Source: a virus. From it: a stretch of DNA of 64,000 bases. The notes below the pieces were generated by a model. The model had not been told where the DNA came from. It saw nothing but the letters and a program-made list of their open reading frames with translations, and did not search any database. Within the stretch, counting starts at the first letter, position 1; every line of letters begins with the position of its first letter. The position numbers were made by a program, and so were the translations under genes. Location of the stretch: positions 1 to 64,000 of IMG/VR virus record IMGVR_UViG_3300017527_000160; one strand, written 5' to 3'. Below, piece by piece: positions 47,301-58,500 of this stretch.

Positions 47301-49504
47301 TAGAGAGTGAAGGGAAGATGCCTGTAAACTTCTACTATGCTGATACAACAGATGGTCATAAGCAAGGTGAGGTTCTTAGAACATCTGCTGATTATGCTAA
47401 AGCTATTGGTATTGTAACCAAAGCTATGAAAGCTCAAGGTATTGATGTTGAGGATATCATCATAATGGAGCAGGATGCTAACGCATATACCTCACAGTCT
47501 CGTAGAAAATCAGCGGGTGATGCGAGAACGTATGTAGATCTAGCTCAAGAATTTGGTTTCGATCCAGAAAAGGATTCATCAGAAGTACCTCTAGTAGATG
47601 TACTGGAAGCAATTATTGCAAATGAACATGGGTACAATACTGAACATGAGATAGCATTAGCTCAACAGTTACTTAAGAAAGCGGATTCAAAAGAGACTGT
47701 AACATTCTCTAGGAAGGAGAAGACTCCAGGTGCATACACTTCTGCTGGTGCTGTAGTTGATCCACGATACAGTTCAGATGAATATCATCAAGGAAGAACC
47801 GGTCATCCTATCGAACATGTTATTCTCCATACTGAGATTAAACGTAGAGTCTTCGAGGCTACAAAAGGTGATGCTGATTTTAAGAAGAACATGACACGAC
47901 TTTGGACTGAAGCTCGTACAGCATACGCTGAGTTATCACCAGAAGCACAAGCTGCTATGGACGGTGTTACACTTGACCTATTCCAAAACCTAGATTCATT
48001 CATGGCAGCAGCTATGAGTAATCCTACGTTCCAAGAGTTCTTAGCTACAGTTCATACGAAAGTTGAGACTACAAAAAGCGTTTGGCAAAAATTCGTTGAC
48101 GCTATAATGGCTCACTTGAAAGGAGCTACATTAGGACACAACGGTACAGTATTGAATGCTGCTTTAGATTTAATAACAGCTAAGATCGAGGGTATTGGTG
48201 TTGCTCCAACTAAGACAGCAACAGAGGCAGAGACAACCACTGCTCCAACTAAAACTACAGCAGAGACTAAAGGTATCGTAGCTAATACAATGCCTCCTAG
48301 TCAGATGAAGAAGGATCATCCGGATCTATGGCAAACACTTGTTGATTTATACAAGGAACAGAATATCGATCTTATAAGTCAACCTGGTTCAATAGGTGAC
48401 GAGGCTTTACTTCCTGGTTTTGAATCTATGTCTGATGAAGAGATTGGTAAGTCTCCACAGTTTGCTGCATACATTAAAGGACCGTGGCCAAAAGCATCTG
48501 CTGCTATTTATTCATATAATAAATCATTGGTTAAGCCTACAGTTGAAGTTCCGTTAGGAAGTACTGAGGATGTGAGTAATGAGGAGATAGATGAGTTTAA
48601 GAAATCTAAATTTGTATCCCGTGCTCGAATAGTGAAGATGGCTGAGAAGCAGGAGAAAGGTACGCCTCACACTCTTCGTGAGAAGATGTTACTTAAAAAT
48701 GATATCGTTCGTGCTGGGGTTGAACACTACCTGGACACTAAAGCTAAAAAACCACCAACAATTGTTACCGGTGAAATGAAAGAGCAGTTACGTGAGTTAG
48801 GGTTCTCTGAGAATCAAATCAAAACGTTACATGCTAGACCTGAAGAAGCTTGGAGATTAATCAATGAGGGTATCACTAACGATGAACTTAACGCAACAGC
48901 TCAATCAGCTGCAGCGACACCGTCTACTTTGAATAAATCAGGCGAATTGTTTCATGCAGAAATGGGAGCTATCCTTGAAGGCATATACGATTATCAAACT
49001 CTTGAGCAGGCTGAACAAGAATTGGTTCACATCACAGAGACTCGTAGCGATGAGATGACTAATGCTGGTTTAACAGAAGAAGATTTTGAGGGTTGGATTG
49101 GAAAAGCCTTGCAAAGAATAGCATTTAATTTTACCTTTGAGGATATCCAAGTAGGAGAAGTTCTTATAATGGGTGGCGCATATAAAGTCCAATATAGAGT
49201 GGAACAAAAAAGCGGTAGTGAACTTTATGTAGAACCTGTTGCCGGTGGTAAAGGTACCTGGATAAAAAAGAACGAGATCCATGATAAAATTGAATACAGA
49301 TATAACATAGCTATGAATGATCCGAGAGTAAAGTTTGATGAATCAGAACCTGTTACAGAAGAGGAGAAAGTATTCGCTGAAGAAACTATGGAAGCTACTG
49401 TAGAAATCAATAGTGCGGAAGCTATTAAAGAGGATTTAGAACAAGCAGGCACCATGACTGCAGCTGAAAGAATGGCAAAACTCAAGAACAATAAAAAGTG
49501 TTAA
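44375..49504 (+). CDS. Giant cargo protein with Gly/Ala-rich membrane-like segments and a degenerate zincin-like domain
   Basis: 1709 aa; EGLQEVFQ motif, hydrophobic Gly-rich helices, HVILHTE..FMAAAMSNPTFQEFL; only Cys is the last residue. Confidence 0.7.
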   Translation: MAEENSSTPVSDLDNVDSSSFLPKGLPPLEMDPELSSYLVEQGVIEAPTEPSVKPGSGQSMRDSLFDFQTADLGIATDPFKMGKEVHADFRNPHNQNQFYERYASHSEFENLGFNPFRDNEALYNENSNMFEELGRSFGQWTGLVGLGFKDAAGFGDLTDRDNAAEMERAMAVGSSSKGGFTGFTNNLFLNSGYTVGIMGELALEEVGMLGVEAALGIGTVATGGAAAPALAANTGLMASRAARAFGKIKTALGASYSLSKQLGNLKDINKARSMWSKGLGKAGKIINPFENTVDLYRNKSKLDHLNKWQKTYKGFAEMYKDVRNFRLAWGEGALEGGMIQNQMERELLADFRAENGRGPNEEEGQEIIDTARRAGVTTSVINMPVIMLSNKLVFDGLLGRGRFKNLYADVIETGHAGKIIFKPGVKGAKAYNKMATGLQGRWDYIKSPRMWAAGAAKYGKANIAEGLQEVFQETITGASEDYYGAMYRGDANRGGYMSSIVGNLVKQVGPQGLETFMSGFLMGGMVGPVSTGVGNITQAIGGNSAGFADSRAGKIGTAIGNQFTKMSKGQEAYQKKVDEQTDQATKRNTKLEKDIETLNEFYEDPTKYFSPELENLVSQKAYKEAMDEAEKRGDKRMFHDMADSAETKHVMTALKYGRLDGHITRMEEMKQFSAEEFKTLNTELSQEDFNFKIDASIDRAKKIQSTWDYASKKFPNPFTPYKYRPGTDKFKEEAMKQVVWNNAIEEMVFQQESFNRALERQQSIYQNIHETAGLKKMSTSDINVLFDEQSVLSEIGLLKMELEGNENTVGLKQSEALTPDMKQMIAKKDAKLKALEAYDKALKEFKSSKTEEVDEPTVNALHKAYKEYMSVMAEQSGEHLNVDKLDASFEALADSHLLTARAGDLNRAVNILSDPKNFLSMVDRKNARIKVLYDNREVEIRKSLEEFRKLAEKNEMLNRLYDEGMFFDPKDLALLESEGKMPVNFYYADTTDGHKQGEVLRTSADYAKAIGIVTKAMKAQGIDVEDIIIMEQDANAYTSQSRRKSAGDARTYVDLAQEFGFDPEKDSSEVPLVDVLEAIIANEHGYNTEHEIALAQQLLKKADSKETVTFSRKEKTPGAYTSAGAVVDPRYSSDEYHQGRTGHPIEHVILHTEIKRRVFEATKGDADFKKNMTRLWTEARTAYAELSPEAQAAMDGVTLDLFQNLDSFMAAAMSNPTFQEFLATVHTKVETTKSVWQKFVDAIMAHLKGATLGHNGTVLNAALDLITAKIEGIGVAPTKTATEAETTTAPTKTTAETKGIVANTMPPSQMKKDHPDLWQTLVDLYKEQNIDLISQPGSIGDEALLPGFESMSDEEIGKSPQFAAYIKGPWPKASAAIYSYNKSLVKPTVEVPLGSTEDVSNEEIDEFKKSKFVSRARIVKMAEKQEKGTPHTLREKMLLKNDIVRAGVEHYLDTKAKKPPTIVTGEMKEQLRELGFSENQIKTLHARPEEAWRLINEGITNDELNATAQSAAATPSTLNKSGELFHAEMGAILEGIYDYQTLEQAEQELVHITETRSDEMTNAGLTEEDFEGWIGKALQRIAFNFTFEDIQVGEVLIMGGAYKVQYRVEQKSGSELYVEPVAGGKGTWIKKNEIHDKIEYRYNIAMNDPRVKFDESEPVTEEEKVFAEETMEATVEINSAEAIKEDLEQAGTMTAAERMAKLKNNKKC

Positions 49505-49508
49505 TACT

Positions 49509-52500
49509 ATGAAGTGTACAATTGTAGGAGCTAACCAACGCGATGTGCGTGTGGTTGTCGCAGGTGATATTTTCGATTTGATGAAAGCAGGTAAGCCTGT
49601 AGATGTGAAAGCATTGTCATTGAATATGTACAACGCAATGTACGACGCAGAACAAAAGAACAACACGGAAGCCTTAGCATATGCAAGGCTTGTTCCTTTT
49701 ATGGTGCAACAGTTAATGGGTGTTGATGCAACTATCTTAAAGCATGTTGTGGAATCAAAGGTGGATCTTGGTGAACTTGCCAATACACAGATTGCTGCTC
49801 AAGATGCTGAGACAGGTTTAAAGTATGTTGAAGAATGGTTAGGTGTTCGTGAGAATGGATTGAAAGAATCATTAGCTGCTGCTCAACCAAAGAAAGCAAA
49901 AAAAAAACCTGGTAGACAAGCAAAGCTTTTTGCTGATGAGGTTGTTAAGCTTGGTGATACTGTACAAATACTTAGTGGTAAAGGTAAAGGTGAGGTAGTT
50001 ACTGTTACTGAAGACCATGGTGATAAGGTAAGATTATCCAATGGTGTACTTAGAAAAAAGACTAGAGTTAAATTGAAGGCACAAACTTCTGTGCCTGTTG
50101 CTGCTCCTGTTAAATTAACAATTCGACAAAAAGTTATAAGAAGTTTAGAGCTTGACTTGAAGCAATCAGATGAGAGCAAGTTCCCAATGTCTGCTGCTGC
50201 AAGACGTAAAGTACAAGCTCAGTTGGATCAGTTGAAAGCTGAAGAAGCTGGTAAAGCGCCTGTCAAAAAGAAAGACGGTTGGTCAAGAGAAGATATCATG
50301 GAGGATGCTCATAATCAACATCAAGCTGGTGTTGATGATTGGTATGCTAATAAGAAAAAACAAATAGCTGAGGAAGAGGCTGTTCTATCAACTGGAAGCG
50401 AAAACTTAGAAACTGGCGCACCGGAAGGTGATCCTGGTGTAGGACCGACACCTATTTCTGTTGAAGAAGTTATGGCACTGCCTGTAGAGGAGTTCACTAG
50501 ATGGTTCATCACTCACGGATTAATAAGTGGGAACGAGACTGGTTTAAATCAACGCCCTTATATAGGTGGAAGATCGCCTGCTGATTTACGAGCTGTTGTT
50601 AATAGAATTAAATTGGGTAAGACTCATAAGAAGGATGGGACTATATTGAAAAGCGTAGCTGACTTCTATGCGGACATGGCTGAGATCCAAAAGAATAATG
50701 ATGAGTTCCCGATGATTAAAGGTACTGGTGGTAAGAATGATGGACGAACAGGTTCACCACCACTTAGTGCAATTATACAAAGTGGATTGGATATGGCCAA
50801 AGGTGGTCCAGTTGATGAAGTAGATGAGGATTCAAAAGAAGAGGTAACACCTAAACCACGTAATAAGAATTATTTACAAGGAGCACTTAAGAGTGTTATC
50901 GATGGTGTTGTGAAAGCTTTCAACGCTCATGCCCCATCATGGATGACTACATCTGGAAATGAGACTGGTTATAATGTGGGTGAAGTTAGTGCAAGGATAC
51001 CTACCGCAGCAAGTAAAGCAGCTTATGCTGCACAACGTACGATCTTAAGATTGATGGAAGATGGAAACATCCAAGACAGTAAAGATCTCAAAGTTAACGG
51101 TAGGACAGGTGTATTCTTGACTGCTAAGTTTGCTGACGGTCGTATCAGAATGACTCTTACAGATAAGAACGGTGATGCTATTTTATTTGACGGTAACGAT
51201 CAGCCTGCACTGGATGGTAATCCTAGAGAATATGGTATGCGTGCCGTAGACAAATTCTTCGATAAGGAAGGTAATGTGAAGACAACAGGGAAACGTTTCA
51301 ATGAGATGGTTGATGCTTTGATTAACGCTAAGCCTCACCTTACTAGAACAAGAGCTGTGAATATTCTTAAAGCAGAGGTTGAACATATCCAAGCTGTTAG
51401 AGAATACATCAATAAGGATCAAGAGAATAACTCTCTTGAATTTTCAATAAGCGGTGGTTCTCTTGGTTATATCCAAGTAGGATTTTCACCTAAAGAACTT
51501 ACATCAGTTAGTAAACTGAGCGATAAGGTTACAATGAAGCTGTCCACTAAAGCCGACAACATCGGTGAGGAAGGGCATGTGTATGCCACTTCGGATGAGA
51601 TGGAAGGTGACTGGATTCCTATCGAACGACCAGGTCTTAGAGATACACCTTTTGCTGATGTTGTTGAATCATTATTGTTTGATGAGAACTTAACAGATAA
51701 GGATGGTAAGCTCTTGAATGCTGTAGATAGAGCAAAGCACATAGATAAATATGTCGGTACGAACAAGGAGAGTGAGATACTATTTGATTATGATATCGGT
51801 ACTAAGAAAGTTAAACGACTTGTTATAGGTAATACTGTGATCATCGATGTTGAGAAAGGTATCAGAGATTTAGAGGTGGGTAAGATTGCTTATAAGCAGT
51901 TGTTAGCAAAGAATAACAAGGGTACTAGTTTCCCAACACTTAAGATGCATGTGAATGCAGATGCTTTAGCTAGAAGAGATTTCATGTCTGTAAGTATAGC
52001 GGACGGTGTTGTAACTACAGAAGGGAAAAATACCAGAGTGCATATGGCTGAGCAAGGGTTCATGATCCAGACCCCTGATGTTGCATCTGACGGTATGATC
52101 AGAAAGGTTAATGCATACTTCACTTTTAAGTTAAGTGAGAAAGGTGACCAAGCGTTAAATGGTAAAGCTGTTGCTGAAGAAGAAGCAAAGATTGCTGAAC
52201 AGAATACTGAAGAGATTGAAGAGAACGAGGATGATGCTTGGCAGAAAGCAATGGATGCTAAGATGAAAGCGCTTCAAGATAAAAACAAACCATTGGATGA
52301 AGATGAAGATGATCGTTTATTCAGAAGCTTGGATGTAAAGAATCAGAATCGAGCAGCTACTGCTGAACAGATAAAAGAAGCTAGAGACTGGTACGAGAAA
52401 CACCCTCTTAGTAAACACATTCCGTTCAAGACAATGTTTGAACAAATGAATAAGGATGGTGTTGCTCAATGGACTGTTGAAGGAATCACTTTATTTAAAG

Positions 52501-55500
52501 GTGCTGACTACAGTGACTTATATCATGAGGCATGGCACGGGTTCACTCAGACTATGTTGACTAAACAACAAAAGACTGATTTGTATAAAGAACTTGGCAG
52601 GAAAGTAGGGTCGTTTAAAGACTACAACGGACGAATGGTTTCTTTTGCTGCAGCTAATGAGAAACAACTTGAAGAGCATTTAGCTGAAGAGTTTAGAAGC
52701 TTTATGCTTAAAGGTAAGAAGGCTACCACAGCTGGACCTAAACAATTGTCTTTCTTTAAGAAGATCTTAGCTATACTGAAAGCTCTTTTCAATAACTCGC
52801 ACATCGATCAGGTTATCATGGACGCTAAGTTCGATAGCAAGGTTAGTGAATTGTTTGAGAAGATGAGAGTTGGTAACCTTGCGGGGTATACATTTTCTCA
52901 AGCTAATGCTAACTTTGGTAAACTGAATCAAGGGATAACAGCTATACCTGGTAATGAAATAAAAGAAGGTGTGGAAAGCTTGAACTACCAAACATCAGCT
53001 GAACTTAATAACATGATGGATGCATACTTAGCAGAGTATGTAACAGTCATGAATCAAGGGTTGGATTCTGCGGGACAGGCTCGTGTAAAGAAATTGAATA
53101 CTGAGTTACAAGATACTGAGAATTTAAATCAAGCTGAACAAAAAGCTAAGCGAGATGAACTTGATGCATTGCTTAACAACGATGCTGCTAGTTATAAGTA
53201 TTCATCATTGATTGTAAGTGACCCAGACGTACTTACTACAGGTTACTTCTATGCACAAGGAAAGTTTCAAAGACTTAAAGCTTCTTTATCTGCGAAAGTG
53301 AAGAAAGAAACAGACCCTGTTCAGAAAGCTAGTGATCTTAAAGATCTTAAGATGATTGAATTTGCTTTAGATCAGTTTGGTAACATAGATGATATCTATA
53401 GTAATCAGAGTGCTGATGGTACTGTAGCATATGGTTTGATAGGATACCACATGCAAAGGTCTAAGTTATTTCAAGACAGCAGACCTACACAAGAGGAAAT
53501 TGCTGATGAACAGAAAGGACCTGTTGCAAAGAGAGCATTCGATAGAGCGGGTAATGAATCTTCTTTAAAGGAGATGGCTTCCGCTGAAATCTTATACCTA
53601 TTGAAAACACTTCCTCAAGTTGAGAAGAATGATGAAGGTGAATGGGTACCAGTTACAAATAGATTTGATGTTAATGAATTGGCACCGTTTCAAACTACAT
53701 GGAACAGAATGGTCAGAGCTACTGAGAACATCCAGGACTTCGATCAGATGTATGATAAGTTGCAAGAAGAGGCAGTTAAGTTTCCCGTCCTAGAGGAATT
53801 ATTGAAACGTATGGGAGATCCTCATTCGAGTAAAGTTAACACCGAGCATACCTTATGGACACAGTTGTTTAAAACATTCTCGAAGAGTAGAGTTCCTCTT
53901 ATTCAGATGACTGTAGAACAACAGGGTAGAGGAGTTAATGTTAAATGGGAAGCTAGAGTAGGTGAGGCATTCAATGCTGACTACGCTATCGGAAGACAAT
54001 GGCAATCGATGTTCACTGGTGCAGAACCAAGTGAGTTTATCAAGAATACTATAGAAGGGAACTACATGGACCTTGCTGCCATCATTAAGAAGTTTCCTCA
54101 TCATAGTGCAGCATCTGCTAATCCTTTTGAATTTTTCCATGCGATAGGGATGCCATTATCGGATAATCCTGAAATAAGAAATGAACTGAAAGCTAATCTT
54201 GGTACGTATGGTCCTGGGCATTTCCATGATGAGATCATGAAATTGAAAGGTGCAGGAACGCGTGTAGAAAGATTGGATCAAATAACAGAAGAAGTTAATG
54301 GTCGTTACAAAGATCTAATGAAACTAGAGGCTCGTTATTCAGATGTATTCTCTAGCTTCATGGTGACTAATGCTGAAGGTAATACTCAATTTGAGCATAC
54401 CTTGAACAACAGTATGACTATGATGGTGAATGCTGTTAATAATTCCATTGACTATAATGACATGGTTTCTAAACCGCACTTGGCTCATCTTGATATAAAT
54501 AAGAATCCGTTTGCAAAGTCATCTCTTTGGTTAAAAGCGATGTTCAATCTTGATGGAAGCCCTGACATAAATAGTATAGGTAAAGACGGTAAGTCTAACC
54601 ATAACCCTAATTACGGTGAGAGGAGAGTGACTAAGTCTGGAGATTTTGTGACTTTGCGTTTGACTAATCTTAGTGGTGTGCTTGCTAAGACTATGGGTGA
54701 TGAAACTGGAACAGGTGTATCTTCTGCAGGAGCAGATGAGTACAGTAAGTTAATCATGGATCTTCAGTTATCATATAGCGGTATGCCTGAGCTTATGCGT
54801 CATGCTGATAAAGGAACTTCTTTTACAATTACCATAGATGGTCCATTAGATATAGATTCTCAACCTACCGATAACTATGTTCCTATCGGGGACTTTGCTG
54901 CAGGTGGAAGATTCAGAGAGAAGACAGTTGATAGATTATCTCCACACATTGTTGCTGAGATGAGTCGTATGCGTATACTAAGAGGCATGACTAACATGGA
55001 CGGTACTCCTAAAATGGATGTACCTTTCGATGTTGACTATATCATGAATGGTCAACAGTTTGTTGCTTTTGAAGATGTCTTGAGTGATGGTACTAAAGCT
55101 GCTTTGAAAAAGATTGCTTTCAGTGAAGAGAACATAGAGGACGCTGTTGAAGCAATGCGTGAAACCATCAATGCTGATTTGACGAAATACTTTGACAAGC
55201 AGTATGAAGAAGTAAACAAGAAATTCGATGATGCATTCTTCCTTGCTGATAACATCCAGGAGGATATGTCACGTAAAGGAATTACAGGTAACAAAAGAGA
55301 AGCGGCTATCCGTTCTTATGTTCACAACAGTTGGATCCATAACATTGAATCCATTGCTGTAATCTACGGAGATCTTGCTCAGTATAACCATGCTAAAGAA
55401 GGTTTCCACAAAAGGAATGCCGGTGGTGGTTCTACTGGTGACATCTATCGTTATGATAAAACGATGGCTAAGAACATCAATGATAATTATTACAAGTCTA

Positions 55501-58500
55501 GCTACGCTGCTAAGCATGCTAATAGATTAGGTATCACTGAACGACGTTACTTTGGTGGAACTATGTCTACAGCTATTATCGAAGATCAGGAGATTCGTTC
55601 TGTATATATGGACGAGTATGAAGAGGCGTTCGGTGAAGATGCTTACAAGCTTGGTAACTATGCTAAACAGAATGAAGGTGATGCCCAAGGTTTGATTACT
55701 TTTGATTCATACCGTGAATTGAAAGTTGCAGAGGGTACCTGGAGTAATGAACAGGATGCTTTGTTTAAGAAGATTGTTAACGGAGAGAAAGTTTCTAGTA
55801 GAGATGTTGCACAGTTCTTCCCGGTAATCAAAGCTCAATATTGGGGACCACTTGCAAACGATACAGCACTCCCTGTTATGGCTTTCCATAAGTATTCTTT
55901 ATTCCCGATGACTCCTAGTGTGATCAAAGGAAAGAAGATGGAAAAGCTTCACGATAAGATGGTGAAGGAAGGGATTGGATATGTAACATTTGAATCAGGT
56001 TCTAAGGTCGGTACTATTAGTAAGACTGCTAAGGTAAAGAAGAATGAGAAGACAGGTGAAATAGAGAAGGTTTCAAGAGGATACGATAAAGTATATACTG
56101 AAGGTGAAGCACTTGACCCTAACATCATGGATCCTAAGATGGAAGATGCTGATGGGAATTATGTTGAACACTTTACTAAGAATGATATTCACTTACACTA
56201 TTTGAAGAATCAGTTAGAGATTCACGATGAAAGGAAAGGTAACGTTATCTTCTCTACTCAGTTAAGAAAACTTATTGAGGATGGCTTGATGGCTAATGGT
56301 GTACCAAGTGATTTCATGATGAAGGAAAGTTTAGGTGGATCTAAAGTTGTAGCTGAACGTAAAGCAGAATGGGCTAAGATAGAAGCTAAGTGGGATACTA
56401 TGTCTCCAGAAGCTCAACAGAAAACATCTAAGAAGTATGGTCTACTGAAGGACTACGAAAAGAATATTAACAGGCTGACTCAATACGCTAAGGAGAAGCT
56501 CCTGGAAGAAATCAATTGGCAAGAAATTGTTGATCCGAAGACTGGTGAGAAAAGCCTGAAGGGTGATATGAAGAATCTGTTAGAGCTAGTTCGTTCAGAA
56601 TTAGTTAGACAAGATCTTGGACAACACTCTATTGATTTTATCCAGACGAATACTGACGGGACTATCAAACATGATTTATCATTATCACTGAATGTAGAAC
56701 AGATTGAGAAGTTACTTAACGCCATGATGGTGAAGAAACTTATCAAGCAGAAAGTTAATGGTGAAGGTTTGATCCAGGTAGCTGCTACATTGATGGAAGA
56801 CATGGCTGCTGAACAGGGTCGTGACTTTAGGAATCCTACAGAAGAGGACTTAGCGAAGTGGGGGTCGAAAGATCTTCCGCACTATAGACCTAACCAAGGA
56901 CCGAACGGAGAGACGACGGCAGCGAAAGTTAAAGTTGCACTTGCCGGTGACTTTAGGCATCTACTTAAGATGACTTCTGTTCAAGAGCTTGCTAAAGAAC
57001 AACGTATAATAGATATTGCAAAAGCTAAGGGAGGAAGTTGGACAGCGGCACATGTTGCTCTAAATGAACTTATCAAAGATGAGGAGTGGCTGAATGAAGG
57101 ACGTAACCGTGAGATGGTTTCTATGATCGGTGTGAGAATACCAGTACAGGGACTTAACTCTATGGAGTTTATGGAAGTGTACGAATTCCTACCCGAAGAA
57201 GCGGGCTCGGTGATTGTGCCTCCTACCGAAATTGTAACCAAGTCTGGAGCCGATTTCGATGTTGATAAGATGACTGTGATGATGCCTAACATTCTTAGTT
57301 TGAATGGGAGTGTTGAATTAGCTACATCCGATTTGGCTACTAAACCTAAAGAGACTTTAAAGGAAGAACGAGATGCTCTAGTACAGAAGATTAGTGATAT
57401 CAGAGAAGAGCATAAAGAAGCCCGTAAAGATAAAGAAACTAGATTCACTGCTGAAGAGCGTGAGATCTTAGATGATACCAAGTCAAGGATTCGTGATGAA
57501 CAGAGAAAAATCAAGAGTCTGAAGAAACAATGGCTCGATACATCACGTCAATATAAATCACCAAGAGTAATCAAACGAATGAAAGCTCTTGAAGAAAGTA
57601 TTGATGCTGCTCAGTTTAAGAAAATGTCTTTAGAAGAAACAGAAGACATGTACTATAACACTTTACCTGGTGATAGATTGAAACATATACTTTCTGAACC
57701 ACAAGCAGAACTTGCTATAATACGTAGACAACTTGCTTCACTTACAGATAAGCCTATCCAAAATGACATCATGAATAGTATACGTGCTGTTCTTGAGTTA
57801 CCGGATAACTTTAAACCATTGGTTATGCCTAACAGTACTGAGTTACTTACAGGTCAAGATAACGATGGTTTAGCTCAAGAGATGGAACCACACGTTGTTG
57901 ATACTAATAAGTTTGATAATGTTCACTCTACGAAAAGATATCAAGGACCGAAAGGTGATAGGATCTCAGCAACCAGAGTTTTAGAAGTTGGTTACAACCT
58001 TGAGAAGCATATGAAGAATGCAATCGGTAAACAAACACTTGCTTTGGGAGCGGTTGATAACACGTATAACACTCTCTTCAATAGGATTGGTGCTTATATG
58101 AATCCTCGGGTTCATTCTGAAGCTCAGTATGATGCGGCAAGAAGGCAAGAAAAGAAAGATAAAAAGAAGCTAACTCAAAAGCAGAAAGATGTCTTGAAGG
58201 AATATAGTGAGCAAAGAATCATGCTTAACCATAATACAATGGATATAGAAGGTAGTGATGCTATCTCATTATCACACATCAATGATGCTGCTGGTACACC
58301 TATATCAGATGTTGTCAATCAGTTGATTAACGGTTGGGTGGATATTGCTGCTGATGCTTTTGTATTTAACTTACAAGGTAATAAGGAGATCTCACCAGTA
58401 CTGTTATTTATGGTGCAAGCGGGTGTTCCAATTGATGAAGCTGTATACTTTGTTTCTAATCCACTGGTTAGAGAATATGTTAAGGAGCAGAAGCTTGCTA

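Noticed and set aside
48200-48270. Short tandem repeat APTKT.. and the PEE.AAEK repeats near 11500-11610
   Set aside because: Ordinary low-complexity linker duplications within proteins.
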